A stretch of DNA of 64,000 nucleotides from Calcarisporiella thermophila CBS 279.70 (taxonomy: Eukaryota; Fungi; Calcarisporiellomycota): positions 272,523 through 336,522 of the forward strand of contig NW_027192204.1 in assembly GCF_041956535.1 (NCBI RefSeq), written 5' to 3'. How positions within the stretch are numbered: position 1 is the stretch's first letter; each line of letters starts with the position of its first letter. A program made the position numbers and the translations under genes. The notes under the pieces were generated by a model. It was not told the DNA's origin. It searched no databases and worked only from the letters and a program-made list of their open reading frames with translations. Positions 1 to 13,784 of this stretch are shown piece by piece.

Positions 1-321
1 CTGAGTATCATTAAAGTTAACACCTTGTATTATGAGCTCACGCACACGAACTGCATCTCCTTCTACACAAGCATCATATAAATCATTATCATGTCGTTGT
101 AATGAGCCTTCTTCCTGTGAGCCACGTAGAGAAAAAAAGGGTGAGAGTCAGCTAAAAGAGATTAGTGGTGAAGGACGAACTTGATTGAGATGTTCATTGC
201 CATAATAGGGGTGCGATTCACCTGGGATAGGTGGTGTAACGAACTCCGGAATGACTGGAGGCGTACTAATGATGGCTGAAGTGTTGTTATTAGCTGAGAT
301 GGTTTTAAAATCTGTTGACAT
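1..321 (-). CDS. Ankyrin-repeat protein, 5' part (runs off the window start)
   Basis: ATG at 321 gives MSTDFKTISANNN...; intron 180-115 (GT..CAG). The next exon reads LYDACVEGDAVRVRELIIQGVNFNDTQ, an ankyrin-repeat consensus. Confidence 0.7.
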
Positions 322-1596
322 TTGATCAAGATCAAAAGTGGGAGCGGATTTGATCTAAGATCTAGGGGCTAACAATATTTAGAGAAAAAAAAAATGCTTT
401 TTTATGTCAATAAAAACGAGAGTAGAGAGTGTTATATTGATATTTTTTAACCAAACATTTAAACTCTTAACATATGGATCGTAAGAAAACCAGTCAAGAC
501 TAAAAGACTTGAGATATTTTAGCGAGGATTCTGTAGCCAGACTTTGTACCGCTTCAAGGATCGTTGTAAATTAGAAAATGTGACGGTGAATCTGGAATAG
601 ACTTTATGCCATTTTTAAATATTTGTTATGGAAAAGCGCAAAAATACGACTTTATTATTACTGATCTTGCCAAGCTACGACTGTTAATGATGGAATGTGC
701 GTTTTCAATTACAAGATTATTTCGTCGATTGTAAATTGGACTCGTTAATATACCATAATGGGGTTACGCTCGATGTTTACTCAGAGTGTTGTTGCAACCG
801 AATTCTGCTAATATTAATACCTATTCTGGACGCATATAATGAGGTTCTCAGATTTGTCAGATGAAAAAGTGCTGAGAGGGTGGCAAAAAATCAAATTTCG
901 AATTTTTCGAATTCTTCGCTATTCATTGGATATTATCCATATATTTCTTCAGTTAAGACGTCCTATAACGGCAGGTGTATTCCAGATATTCATGGTTTAC
1001 TTTCATTTTAATCCTATACAGATTGCACAAAATGCTTGCAGCACACCTATTCCACATACTTAAGTGGATGGCGTTTTTATTATATTTTGATAATAATCAC
1101 AAGTAGCTGATCTTAATATTATTTGTACTGTGTAAACCAAAATATTCAATGTTCAAATCAACAAATAGCATTATTTTGAAATAGAAAATAATAACAAAAC
1201 GATTCTTTTTCATAAATATTGCGCCCATACGTAAAAAGGATCTGGTTTTGTCCTCAAGACAATTCAGACAGTAAGACCAATATCTCCACAGAGCTGGAAG
1301 GTATTCTGATAGATTGTCAAAGAGTTGCCTCAATCAGAATCTTAATCCACATGAGTAGCTCGATAAAACGTTCGGTGTAAGTTAAAACATAGCGGTCGAG
1401 TATGTGGATAAACATTCGGTCGACATTCAGCGTACTGGGATCAAAGTGCTCTAATTTAGTCCGCTGTGTAAGGTCAAATCCTGATGAATGTTGTGATATA
1501 CTCTCCGCACCTAATCAAGAAAAAAGAATAAAGAAAATACATTCAGCTTAATAGAACCAAAAAATATAGCTTCTTTTACCATGTGCATAAATATGG

Positions 1597-1635
1597 ATAT
1601 ATAGATATATAGATATAGATATAGATATAGATATA
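1597..1635. repeat. (GATATA)n microsatellite
   Basis: gatatatagatatatagatatagatatagatatagatata seen directly, just past the predicted stop of the FHA gene. Confidence 0.85.
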
Positions 1636-1639
1636 ACAG

Positions 1640-4227
1640 CTATCTTCCAGCTTAATAGCCCAGAAAAATAATAAAAAAAAAAAATAGATTAAAGAGAAAA
1701 AGAAAGAAAGCAATAAAAATTATAAGTAGTATAGGCTTAGTCTCAATATAATTGAGTATACTACAATCTGGTGGAAGCAAAATTTTACTTACCATTTGGC
1801 GAGATGCCGAGTCGCTTCAAAAGTGCATAAGTACCAATTGCACCAACGAGCACCCCAAAAGAAAGCAAAGAAAAAGGCTATAGAAGTGTGCTTCGTTAGA
1901 ATACAATGAAATTTGTTAAGTAATAGATATAATTTTAAACCTGCACAAATTTACGATTATCATCTGAGCTTTTTATTGTCGAATTACTTATTCTTTTTGA
2001 CGTGCCGATCTCAACGAATTTACTAGCTGGACCAGAAAGGTCGTTCCCCAATTCGGTCGCTGAATCAATAGTCGATTCAATAGTAGAGATGTCATTGACG
2101 CCAGGTGCAGGTATTGTAGAGTACTTATTCTGAGTATTCTTTGCTGTGTTATTAGAATCGGCGTTTACTGATTTAGTTGGCTCCAGTGGATATATAGTAG
2201 ATTTCTCCTGTTCAGGGTTAGGACAAGCAACTTTGCCTGCATTTGATACGGTATTGTTTGCAATGACGCCTGATATACGAAGGGCAGTTGGAGGTCGTGA
2301 ACTATCGTCATCACTACTTTCAGGGTAGCATAACCACTCGGCCTCTTTAGATGAAGTAATTTGGCGGTTTCCGCTTAGAGGAGAAGGAGATTCCGAGAGG
2401 AAAGACCAACGCTTTCCACGCCCACTACTCAATCTTCCATCCCCTGCAAGTACTGCTTTAACTCGCTCTTTCACTCGCTCTTCCATTTGATATTCCAGTT
2501 CCCGATAACCTTTTTTCAGTTCGTTCTCTAAGACCCGTACTCGATCTTTTGCTTCCTCTGCGATTTTCATGAATTGTTCGGTTTCTGCAAGCGAATTACG
2601 AAGTGACAATCGTGACTGTGCTAGTTCTTGTTTTAGACGCTCATTCTCTTGCTCTGTTACTCCCTTTGCCTCCAAGAGATTTGCATTATCAGTAATTTGA
2701 GTTTTCAGTTGAGCATTCTCTTTGACCAATTTGACAATTGACTCTTCATGAGATTTTGTCCTTGCCACTAATTCTCTCTTAGCAAGTTGGAGCTCCTTTT
2801 CAAGGCTCGAAAAATTCCGTCGTGTGACCTGAAGCTCGTCTTCAATAGTCTGAGCATTTTGGAGCATAACTTCTTGAAGTTGGCATTTTTGCTTCAATAT
2901 TTCTAACTGGGAGCGCAAATCATTAATTTGACGGACAAGCTCAGGGACTTTATCGCTATCTTGGTGCTGTCAATTTAAAAAAAAAATTAAACCCACGTTT
3001 GGTTGCAGATAAAATAAAACAATACTCATTACATGTATTCCGATGCTACCGCTCTGGATTGCTTGCTGAAGGTCTGCTAGAACATGGTTTATTTGTTTGA
3101 GTTGAGTTGAAAATTCTTGCGAGTTTAAAAGTTCAGTCTAAATTGTAAATTTGGACCAAAATTATTAAGGTTTATCTTGAAATACTTTTGTTCGTCAATA
3201 CCTGCAGACGAGTCAGTATAACATCTGCACTAAAGCCTCTGGAAGATATATCAGAGTGATCGCCGTTGCTTTATAAAAAGTGGATGAAAAATAAAAAACG
3301 ATTAATAAATATTTTGTTGAACTATTGAATTAAAATAGATGTATACTTTCTGTTTGCCGCCGAAGCAGTTAAATCTTTAAATGTTGCATCATCCATTTGA
3401 CTAAGTGGGCCATTAAATATAATGGCTTGAGCAGAGACTTTCTGATATAATACAACTAACAAAAGGGCATAAAAATAAATCATTGGATTAAATATATATA
3501 AATCTCGCAATTACCTTCATCATCGTTCAGAATATCAATACCGAAATCGATCAGATCTCGGTCATGCAGCACTACCGGCCTACTTTCTGTGCCTTCAGCG
3601 CTCAAGCGCTCGCCATTAACAAATGTACCGTTGCTAGATTTGATGTCTTTGAGATAAGTCTTTACCCGAAATAATAAATAAAGTAATAAACTCTTAATAA
3701 CATGTTAACCTATCAAAGAAAAAAGGATATAAATACCTGAGTACCATCATACCATATTTCTGCATGGTTGCGCGATAATACTCTATTCTCAAAATAACCA
3801 TTTGTAGTGGAGGGTGCTGTTCTTGATGAAGTCGAGCGGCCAATTTTTAAGCGAGAGTTTTCTTGTAGCTCCAGGGTTTTTGTCGCAAAAGACCCATTGA
3901 GAGATAATAATATTAACGTCACCGAGGAAGCAGGGGTTTTCAGTGTCGAAGATAAATGATCAGATGTTGAAATGGATGGAGATGGGATTGATTGATCTGT
4001 AATGCCACTACTTTCATTAACTATGCGAGGACTAGCACTTCGCTTTATCGTAGAAGATTCTGTATGAATGAGTTAAGGTAAATAATTTTGGTGTCGGCAG
4101 AAAAAGTATAGAAAAAGGATCGTAATATTAAAATGCATTTGTTCAACTTACGCGACGAGATGTTGCCATCGATATTACTTGTTTCACCTATAGAGGTTGA
4201 AGGTGATTCCATCATAACATCGATCAT
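1640..4227 (-). CDS. FHA + coiled-coil + C-terminal TM protein (SLMAP/Vps64/Far9-Far10 family, STRIPAK component), multi-exon
   Basis: FHA motifs KIGRS...NGYFENRVLSRNHAEIW and YLKDIKSSNGTFVNGERL; long coiled coil in ORF 1935-2918; terminal hydrophobic exon PFSLLSFGVLVGAIGTYALLKR (tail anchor). Confidence 0.85.
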
Positions 4228-4445
4228 TAATAAAAATAATACGGCAAAGTTTAGGAAGTTTTTATTAATCTATTCGCATGTAAAAGTGCAACAAATAAAA
4301 GGGATATGTAATAGACAAGAGGCAACACGAATAGAGAAACCAAATTTGGAAGAATCCAGTCAGTCTAAAAAAGCTTTTCGGATCAAATGTTTATTTTTTC
4401 ACAATCAATTATTTTTCTTATTTTCCTTTTGGATCTGATCAAATA

Positions 4446-7400
4446 ATGGGAGTTCCTGCCCTCTTCAGGTAATCGGTGTTATGTGCAAGTTTTCCAATTA
4501 TTTTTTTAACATGATTGTATTTGTAGATGGCTCTCTGATAAATATGAGAAAATCGTAATCCCAGTTGTTGAAGAGGCTCCAAAGAAGGTCGATGATGTAG
4601 AAATACCCATTGATATATCGAAGCCAAATCCAAATGGGATGGAGTTCGATAATCTCTATCTCGATATGAATGGAATTATTCATCCATGTTGTCATCCTGA
4701 AGGAAAGGTTAGTATAATTAATTGAAAGTTATTTTGAAGATTTAATTCTTATGCTTATTAATTATATTAGCCTGCCCCGGAAACTGAAGATGATATGATG
4801 GTCGAGATCTTCAAATACATGGATAGAATTGTAAACATGATTCGTCCGCGAAAAGTCTTATATTTGGCAATTGGTAGCAGCATTCAATTTACTTTAATAA
4901 AGGTTGGCCTAATTATGCACAATAACTTATTAGATGGGGTTGCTCCACGAGCAAAAATGAATCAACAACGATCAAGACGATTTCGTGCTGCACAGGTAGC
5001 CAAAATCCAGATGGAAGAAGATGAAAAAATTCGAAAGCAAATTGAAGGTATGAATCTCTTTTATCTTACAAATTGCTTTTCTATTGTTAATCTACTCTAC
5101 TATATAGAAAGCGGTCATTTTATCGCGAAAAAAGAAAAGAAAGAATTTGATAGTAATTGCATCACTCCAGGTAATCTATTTCACGAATATCCTAAAGTTC
5201 TCACCTGATACTATAAATTTTTAATATAAAAAAACAGGAACACCATTTATGGCACACCTCGCTACTTCCCTTCGCTACCATGTCGCTTATAAATTAAATA
5301 CGGACCCCGGATGGAAAAATGTAAACTGCTTATTCTTCCTTTTTTCTAGTTCTTCAAAAATAATGTATCATTCTACAGTTAAAAGTTATTTTGTCTGACG
5401 CAAATGTACCTGGAGAAGGAGAGCATAAGATTATGAACTACATTCGGGCCCAGCGCACTTGTCCTGAGCATGACCCAAATACAAGCCATGTCATATATGG
5501 ATTGGTACTTACATCTTTTTAGTTACTTTGCTGATTCTTGATAACTCATATCACACTTGCCTCTAGGATGCAGATCTAATTATGTTAGCTCTTGCTACAC
5601 ATGAGCCGCATTTCAAAGTTTTACGTGAAGACGTCTTTTTTAAGGAGGGCAAAGTTGTGCATTGTAGGATTTGTGGACAAAAGGGGCATTATGCAGAAAA
5701 TTGTACTGGAGCAGCAAAAGAAAAAAATGGCGAATACGATGAAAAAGGGGAAGGCGATGTACAAAAGCCATTTATTTTCCTTGATGTTGGCATTCTGCGA
5801 GAGTATCTCGAAATCGAATTAAGTACCGAGCATCAACCTTTTCCATTCGATTTGGAGCGGGCGATTGATGACTGGGTTTTTCTTTGCTTTTTTGTGGGCA
5901 ATGACTTCCTCCCTCATTTACCATCTCTTGAAATTCGTGAAGGCGCAATTGACACCCTTATTACCTTATGGAAAAAATCGCTTCCATTAATGGGGGGGTA
6001 CATGACAAATAATGGAAATGTAAGTAAACTCTAATACAACTATCATAAACTTTTTTGCTAATATATCTAGTAGATTGATCTCAAAAAGGTACAGTACATT
6101 GTGCAGGAGCTTGGGTCCATGGAAGATGAGATTTTTATAAATCGAAAAGAGCGTATGTTATATATAGTTCAAGATACAAATATCCTATACACACCTTACT
6201 AAATTTTCATATCCTATTACTATAGGTGAAGAAAGGATTGAACGGGCGAATAAACGTCGCAAGCTGCGTGAAGAAGCTAATAATAACTATGTCACACTTG
6301 AGGCAACTGCAGATATCTCACAGACCTACAGAGTTACCAACTTTTCTGAAGCTTCAGCAGCTCCAGTGAAAGGTACTGGACATATCGGAGCGCTCTCTAA
6401 CCACGATGTTGTTACAAATCGAGCAGCACTTCGAATGGCGAATATGAATGCCGCTCAACTACTTAAGGCTGAACTAGCTACCTCAACCGAGACCAGTATT
6501 AATGAAACTCTTACTACAGATACGAAAGAAGAGAACACAAATATCGTTGCCGGTGTAAAACGGAAATCGGTCGAGCATGACCTTGAAAAACCCAGCGAAG
6601 AGGAAGATATAGAAGAGGACACTAAAGATGAGGAGGTTGAGGTTGAGGAAGTTGAGGAGGAAGCATTTGGAATTGTGAATAGCACGCCTATTAAGCCTCT
6701 CCCTAAGAATCCCGAACGTGTTCAGGATCAAGTGGACAATGTTCGCCTATGGGAACCAGGATTCAAAGAACGCTATTATCGCGATAAATTCGGTGTCGAA
6801 CTAAATGATTATGAATTTCGACGTAAAATTGTACATAGCTACGTTGAGGGTCTATGCTGGGTACTTAAATATTATTATCAGGGCTGTCCGTCTTGGAAAT
6901 GGTATTACGCTTACCATTATGCGCCATTTGCATCTGATTTTGTCGATATTGGCAATATCGAAATCAACTTCGAGTTGGGTGAACCTTTCCGCCCTCTGGA
7001 ACAACTTATGGGTGTGCTTCCTGCTGCAAGTCGAGACCACTTACCACCAGCATTCCATTCCCTCATGTGCGATCCGGAATCTGAGATAATCGATTTTTAT
7101 CCTGAAGATTTTAAACTTGATTTAAATGGGAAGAAATTCGATTGGCAAGCTGTAGTCATATTGCCATTTATTGAGGAACATCGTTTTTTGAAAGCTCTGG
7201 AGCAACAATATCCTAAACTTACCGATGAAGAGATAATGCGAAATACGCTAGGAAAAGAGATCCTGATATTCAGTGAAAACAATAAGCTCTATGACTCGCT
7301 CTCACTGCTCTACACTCGCCGTAATGATGACCAAAAAGTCAAGCTAAATCCTCATCACAGCAATCACATGTCCGGATATGCTTCTCGTGATCCAAATTGT

Positions 7401-8421
7401 ATCCCCCGCAGCACTCTACCATCTCCACTCCCAAACAATAATTTGCCAGATATCGTCAACGATAAGTCCTTAAGGTAATAACTCCTTTTAATTATTTGTA
7501 TAAGGATGCTTAATTTTTTCAATTTTATCTAGTGTCATCTATGAACTGCCCGAAGTTGATTCTTCAAAATTTGTGACTTCTCTATTGAAAGGCGTCAAAT
7601 TGAAACCAAGGGTACTAACGCCGGAAGATGTTTATCTGGTACGTACTGGGCGAAATAATCGACGAGGGCGTGGGAGAGGCCACGGAGGATACAGACCTCA
7701 AGAATTACGCTCGCAGCGGGATACGGAATCAAGAGATAATAGCTACCCATCTCTTCCAAGGGGACAGTATGATAGATCTCCTAATAGTCCATATGGTGCT
7801 GATCGTGATAATTATTCGACCTATGACAATCGTAGAAGCCGCTCCGATTATGATAGCCGTAGAAACTATACTGACTACAGCGATCGTAGAAATTATTCAG
7901 AATTTGATACACGACAAAACTACAGTGGACATTTTCGCCGTGATGGTCCTGGTAGCTATGGTGGATACGAGCAAGGCTACAGCCATCGCCAAAATTATGA
8001 AGAACGCCGACATACCCCTAACTACAGTGCACGCTCATCTGTCGGTTATGGTTCTTATCGCCCGGCTTATGGAGAATCTACCAATCATGGCCGATCTAAT
8101 CAGCTTTCATCATCGGGGCCTCTACGGGGAAGCGGCAGGAGCTCATACGACAAACCTCAAAGACAATCTTACGCTGGATCTACCAGTGGTCCTCCACATG
8201 ATCCCTACCATGGATACTCGGGGTACTCTCCTTACGGTTACCCAGCGCAAGGGAGTAGTGGAAGTGGTAGATATGGATATTCTCCATCCTCGTCTCCTCC
8301 TCAAAGAGGTCATCCCCCGCGTACTTTTGGGGGTCGCCCTCCTCCCTCGCAACATCATAGCGGTCCTCCACAATCCAGGCATGGCGGCCAAGGAAATGCT
8401 CCTCGTCCTCGCTACCGTTGA
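4446..8421 (+). CDS. XRN2: Nuclear 5'-3' exoribonuclease Xrn2/Rat1/Dhp1, multi-exon
   Basis: MGVPALFRW start, [54 protein letters not shown] knuckle [23 protein letters not shown]; C-terminal R/G/Y/S/P-rich tail. Confidence 0.97.
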
Positions 8422-8718
8422 TTTGAATGATCTCGGTAGAATTCAGACATATTTGTATTGCAATGTGATAGATGTCGCCAATTAGTAAAAATTCATAGTT
8501 TTGTATTTACTGTTTATAGCCATATGCTTAAAACACTATACATGAAGTAAACTATATAAAAAAATTTTTTTCTATTGAAACGTTAATTATTACCCCAAAC
8601 TGTGAAAAAGAGAATCTAAGCTAAGCAGGAAACAAAAAGCTCAAGAATGCCAAAATTATGCAGTAGTAACCCAAACTAAAACAATCAATTTAGAAAGATT
8701 TGAAGGATACGACTAAAT

Positions 8719-11708
8719 TTAAGTGTGAAGTTGCTTCTGTACAAGATATTCACTAGGAAGGGCAGCTCGAACTCTGCACATAAGTTCAAGCTCGTATTGT
8801 GAAGCTAATATACTTCCTTGTACATGTAAATTTCGGATTCGTTCAAGAAGTCGCGAACGAAGTTTAGCGTTCTCAAAGAGCATTAATGCTGCCATATCAT
8901 ATCGGCGCGAACTAACGAAGGAATCATAATGTTGCAGCAACTTATCCCCTTCTATGTATACAATTGGTGAATCTGCCATTGCGGTTCCCGCTGAAGAGGA
9001 AGCAGAAGCGCAATGTGATCCTTCAGCTTCGTCATTTTTTCCCTTCCTAAACAGGTGTAAGATCCCCATTCTTCTATCCTCACCAAGTACATTCCAATCA
9101 AACCCCTAGAAAAATCAAAAAAGTTGTCTTCAAATGAATATAAAATATCTAATTCAACCGAGTGTGAATCGAACCTTTTGATAGTCACCCACATCTTCTA
9201 ATGCCAATAGGCTACAAGGATGTAAATCTTCCAATACTAACATTTTTTTTCGTGGTGACGAGAGAGCATTATCCATCTCATCATAATGACAATCAGCATA
9301 CTTTCGTTTTCGCTTGCCACATGCGCGACACACGCATTTCTCCTTACAGCATTTACAAGTCCATTCACGCAACAGCATTAAATCATACATTTTTTCGCCA
9401 TGAAAGCGAAATAAACAACTGAAACAGAATGAACTATTGCAATTTGAATACTTGCAGGGAAGCAGTTTCCAGCACTGTAAGGGGCTTTTAAATACAACAT
9501 TACAATGGTGGCAACAAAGGCTTTTCTAATCGAAGTGAAATCAGAATTAGATTAGACGTCTCGCTACGACGCATTTGACTAGAGGAATACAGTGATATAA
9601 CTCACAGGAATACATCCGAGATTATTTCGATTCAACATAAGCAAATAAGCAGCGGAAGCTATACTTCGCTTCTCTTTATCCAATGGGGGACTATAATGTA
9701 AAATAGACGAATAAAACTTATTTTAAAATAATAGGTATTAACTCTGGCATATATAATTACCCTTTGAACCAGGTATCTACTAGTGGTGTAAATGCATCAC
9801 CTAACCGTTGTGTGATAAATTCACATCCATTATAGTAATCAATAGCGTCACGACGAAGTTTAAGAAGATCTCGCATATGGACTTGTTCACACAAAATCAT
9901 TGAAAGTGGGTGATGACAGCTTCTTCCAGTCAAATAGCACTCAAGACAGAGATCATAGCCAGCATCATTAACAGGGGATCCAATACTAATGGATGTGCTA
10001 ATTGGATTATCGTTTTCGTGGTAAAGACTTGCTGATGTGCCATCATTATTTCTTCCAAAAGATTCAGGTATACAGAGCGGACAATAGAAAAAGCGATTCC
10101 ACAAGTCACATTTACAAAAATCGCAAGATCTCGTATGTTGATCACTACAAAATTCGATCGTGTGCCGCAAATTCGCATAAACGTCCTCTTCGAGCCATTC
10201 GTCCTTGACCAGGCCTTCATAAAGTCGAAATATTGATAGAAATTGACTTGAAAACTCAATAATATCTAGTTCAGTGAGCAAGGATGGACAGTTCAGTTGT
10301 CTGACCCAGTGGGTTAGAGTAAAATAAATGATTGTCTTGATACGATATTGCTCAGAGCGGCCAATTCTGAAGAAATGCAACAATATTTATATATACCAAG
10401 TAATATTTTAAAGTGTGTCATATTGGACAATACCTCCGATAAATAGGTAGAGTTTCATTAATAGCATACTGCAGCGTTTCAGGGACTATACGATTCCACG
10501 ATATCTTAATGGTACATCCTCCTCTATTAATAACCTGAAAAACGTATAAGTCCAGGTACAATGAAAGAAAAAAAGATCAAAGTGTAGATCACACCTGGTG
10601 AGCAGAATTAGGCGGAACAATCACCAGATCACCGAGCCTTTGCTCGATCAGAAAAATATCGAAATTAGCCTTATAAAGTTCATCAACTCCAGCAAGGTAA
10701 TCCTCCGCATCAATATCTCTGTTGAGAGATTGCCAGAGTTCAGCAACCCGCTCTCTATCAGCACTTTTGGCCAAAAACCAAATTGAATATGCACCTAGTT
10801 AACGATATAAAGCATCAAAGATAGTTATACTATAGATTGCGCTTTTATGATTACCGTCATCAGTATGAACCATAAGATTATGTCCCAGAGCACTACACAT
10901 GTCTTTGTGACCAGGAGTGCTTTGTAATCCGAAAAATTAGCTCTCACCCAAATCAGGAATCAAAATCAACTATACCTTGAACCTTCAGCTCCAATATAGA
11001 TCATGAGGTTAGGTGTACGCAACTCAGGTGGAACCAATGCTATAGTAAATATAATAGAAGATATTATAATCATACAATGTTAAGAAATGTATACTTTATA
11101 GAGTTACAGAAGAGATCCGCCTTATTAGAGGGCAAAAGATGATGAGGCAGAATGGAAGATAATGCTTCAGACCACAACCCAGGACATGCAATATCCTTCC
11201 CGTAGAGTTTACGTTGTAAATGCATCTCTTCTGTTCCACTGACCTCCTTCTCATCCGATAAGTCTCTACTAATGGCTTCGATATAACTTATGAATTCTTG
11301 CATAGACATTATCTCATCTCTACATGTATTGATATCACGTATTTCAACTATATAATAAACAGAAATTATTACTAATCTTCAAATATAGATGAGATGGAAC
11401 ATACCAAAGCCTCTAAAACTCTCCTTCAAAAACTCTAGCGAAAAAAGTCTATCTTTCCACTCAGCTCGCTTATTCCAGTTACTTATAACAAGCGGTAGAC
11501 CTCCAATAATGCAGTGTTGCTGAATTTCTTTATATAGGCAATATTCACCGTGAATTCCATCGAAATCATTTGAATTTATTCGTTTTGCAGCCTTAAATGG
11601 TGATCCCATAGCAAGCAAACTGTTGATTGTGGGCCAGTTATTAACGGCTTTTACTGCTTCTAAAGAAGATAAAGTAATATAATATCTTTCGCTAGTAACA
11701 TCTATCAT
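8719..11708 (-). CDS. JmjC-domain dioxygenase with Cys-rich finger and zf-4CXXC_R1 zinc finger, multi-exon
   Basis: JmjC motifs TPGHKDMC..LGHNLMV and QRLGDLVIVPPNSAHQV; finger CDFCKCDLWNRFFYC..YDLCLECY; C-terminal CHHC...CKYSNC..FCFSCLFRFHGE...WTCKCCKEKCVCRAC. Confidence 0.85.
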
Positions 11709-12551
11709 CGCTGGCTAAAATGTAGATAAGTCGAATGAACACGTTATGCACATTATTCTCTGGAGGATGGTGTTGAAATATACGGTTAAGATTCGTGAAG
11801 CCCGAATTAAGCAGCTAGATCCGACTTTATTTTGCCTCAATCTATCTCACTTATAATAGGCACGTAAGTCCATCAACTTCGGTCGACCGTCTAGTTTTAT
11901 GCTTGAAGTTGCTAAAACAAGAGTCTGGGTTTAGTGAAGAAATCAAATGTTCAAATGCTATTGCGAGAAAACACTAAAAACATAAAATTAAGCTTATAAA
12001 GAGTACCAGCAAGGGTAGTGATGGCTACAAGTGAACAAGAAATAATGCGCAGAGAAGATATTCATGTATCAGCAGGATGCTGGAGAAACTGATTGCAATT
12101 TCAATATTTTTCGACCAAGTTAGAGAATTTTAAATCGAACGCGCCACATCCTTTATTGTAGAGATCGTATCTCCACATTACTTAGGATAGGGGTTATATT
12201 AAATTTTGTCCAAGGCCAAAATTACTTCCGATTTTTAAGCAATTGCATTACAGTATTTGATAGAACTAGAGTGAAGCTTAGTTCTACTTGGATTTATTGT
12301 ATTAAACATTAAGCGAGAACTAATGGCCTCATATAAGTGTAAATACAGAGAATATATTTGCAAAATAATTAATTATGAAATAGGACGAGAAATCATCCAG
12401 CTCTCAAGAATGTTGTTCTCAATACCTACGCTAAATCATTCTTTTATGTCTAATATAACTGCTTTTTTGTTGTTGAGTAATACTAGCAATTTATATATAT
12501 TTCATTAATTAAAATAATAAGTTGGATCTAAGAATTTAATGTACAGAAATA

Positions 12552-13784
12552 TTACACCACAACTAAGGTTATCTTTCCATCCCAGCGCCGCATCAATCGG
12601 CTCATGTATCTCTCCTTTAATTCCACACCAACTTTTTTCTTTCCTTCCTCACCAGGGAAATACCATATTAATCTAAATATTGAAGGAAGTTCCCGTCCCT
12701 GAGATGCAAAACGATGCCTGATCGCCATATTTAACTGAGAGAGGCTAGTTGTTCGCAATACCCGAAGTTGAACAATTGAGTCAGGATCCAGGACAACACG
12801 CAAGAGTACGGATGGCTCAAGCGGCATTATTGTAGAGTCGGCTGGGGGTGCACGAGGGGAAGGATACTTGTTGGGTGATTGATGCGACTCAAGTGTAGAG
12901 AATATGCCAAGTCCGATATCAGAAACAGAAGCACAAGAGGGCGATGGGGGAGGTGTGAGGAAGTCATTTTGCATAGGATTTTGGCTTGAAGAACGGGCGT
13001 ACTTTAACTGTCTGAAATCAAACTTGTAAGGAGACGGAGAGTTAGGTTGTGAGAGAGGAGGACTGATCGTGGAGGACTTTGCTGAGCTCACTATAGAGCG
13101 CATACGGGATGAATAAAATAGTTCACCCAGTTTCGATTGACTATTGCTACGAGTATGTGAGGGTATAAGCAAACTCTGTGTACGTTTGGGCAGGTTTGGA
13201 GATGCACTTGATGTTTTGGCAGTCGCTTCTAGAGTCGAGGGAGAGCGCAGTAAGCGGAATCGACTGCTTGAGTTAGTAACAGCATTTGGTTGGATCTGGA
13301 TTTCTTCGTCAGTTGCACGCTTTTGAAAGAAACTATTGACACAATCTGATAGATAAATGAATGGCCCGAGCCGAAAGAGTTGTTTTACGAAACGATCTAA
13401 TTCTTCACAACGAGTGGCATGCTGCTTTGCTAGGAGGAAGGGGGCCAAGCGAGCACGGAGGGGAGTGGTTCTATTCTTAACCAAGCTTGGGGCCGTCCCC
13501 CTAAGTTCCTGATTAACCCATTCAACTATGTCATTATTGTACTTTTTGTGAATTTCGGCTGTCAACTTAAATGATAATTCAGCGAACTCTTCGTAGGTTC
13601 GATAGATTGTGTACGCATTGTCGGCTGGTATGTACGGAATAACCTCAATACAATAGTAGATAGTCTCAGCATATTTTTTGTAGGCAGCGACATGTGCGTT
13701 GACAGTGAGCGGCTTAATCCTCTGTAATTCTGCTGAGTTTGCTGCCATTGTGCATGACTGAGGCTCTGAATACGTAGACAACAT
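12552..13784 (-). CDS. PX-domain protein with C-terminal PB1-like domain, single coding exon
   Basis: PX pattern YYCIEV...YTIYRTYEEFAELSFKL...RCEELDRFVKQL...SDCVNSFF; S/P-rich linker; C-terminal ubiquitin-like PB1 pattern LRVVLDPDSIVQLRVLRTTSLSQLNMAIRHRF...KITLVVV. Confidence 0.75.
   Translation of the reverse strand: MLSTYSEPQSCTMAANSAELQRIKPLTVNAHVAAYKKYAETIYYCIEVIPYIPADNAYTIYRTYEEFAELSFKLTAEIHKKYNNDIVEWVNQELRGTAPSLVKNRTTPLRARLAPFLLAKQHATRCEELDRFVKQLFRLGPFIYLSDCVNSFFQKRATDEEIQIQPNAVTNSSSRFRLLRSPSTLEATAKTSSASPNLPKRTQSLLIPSHTRSNSQSKLGELFYSSRMRSIVSSAKSSTISPPLSQPNSPSPYKFDFRQLKYARSSSQNPMQNDFLTPPPSPSCASVSDIGLGIFSTLESHQSPNKYPSPRAPPADSTIMPLEPSVLLRVVLDPDSIVQLRVLRTTSLSQLNMAIRHRFASQGRELPSIFRLIWYFPGEEGKKKVGVELKERYMSRLMRRWDGKITLVVV

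Noticed and set aside
839-1333. Short ORFs between the ankyrin and FHA genes
   Set aside because: AT-rich, with no motifs or splice support; likely non-coding.
7628-8485. 285-aa alternative-frame ORF overlapping the XRN2 tail
   Set aside because: The conserved Rat1/Xrn2 sequence continues in the 7573-8421 frame. The shifted frame is Ile/Met/Val/Thr-rich, as expected from frameshifting a Y/D/G/R-rich low-complexity region.
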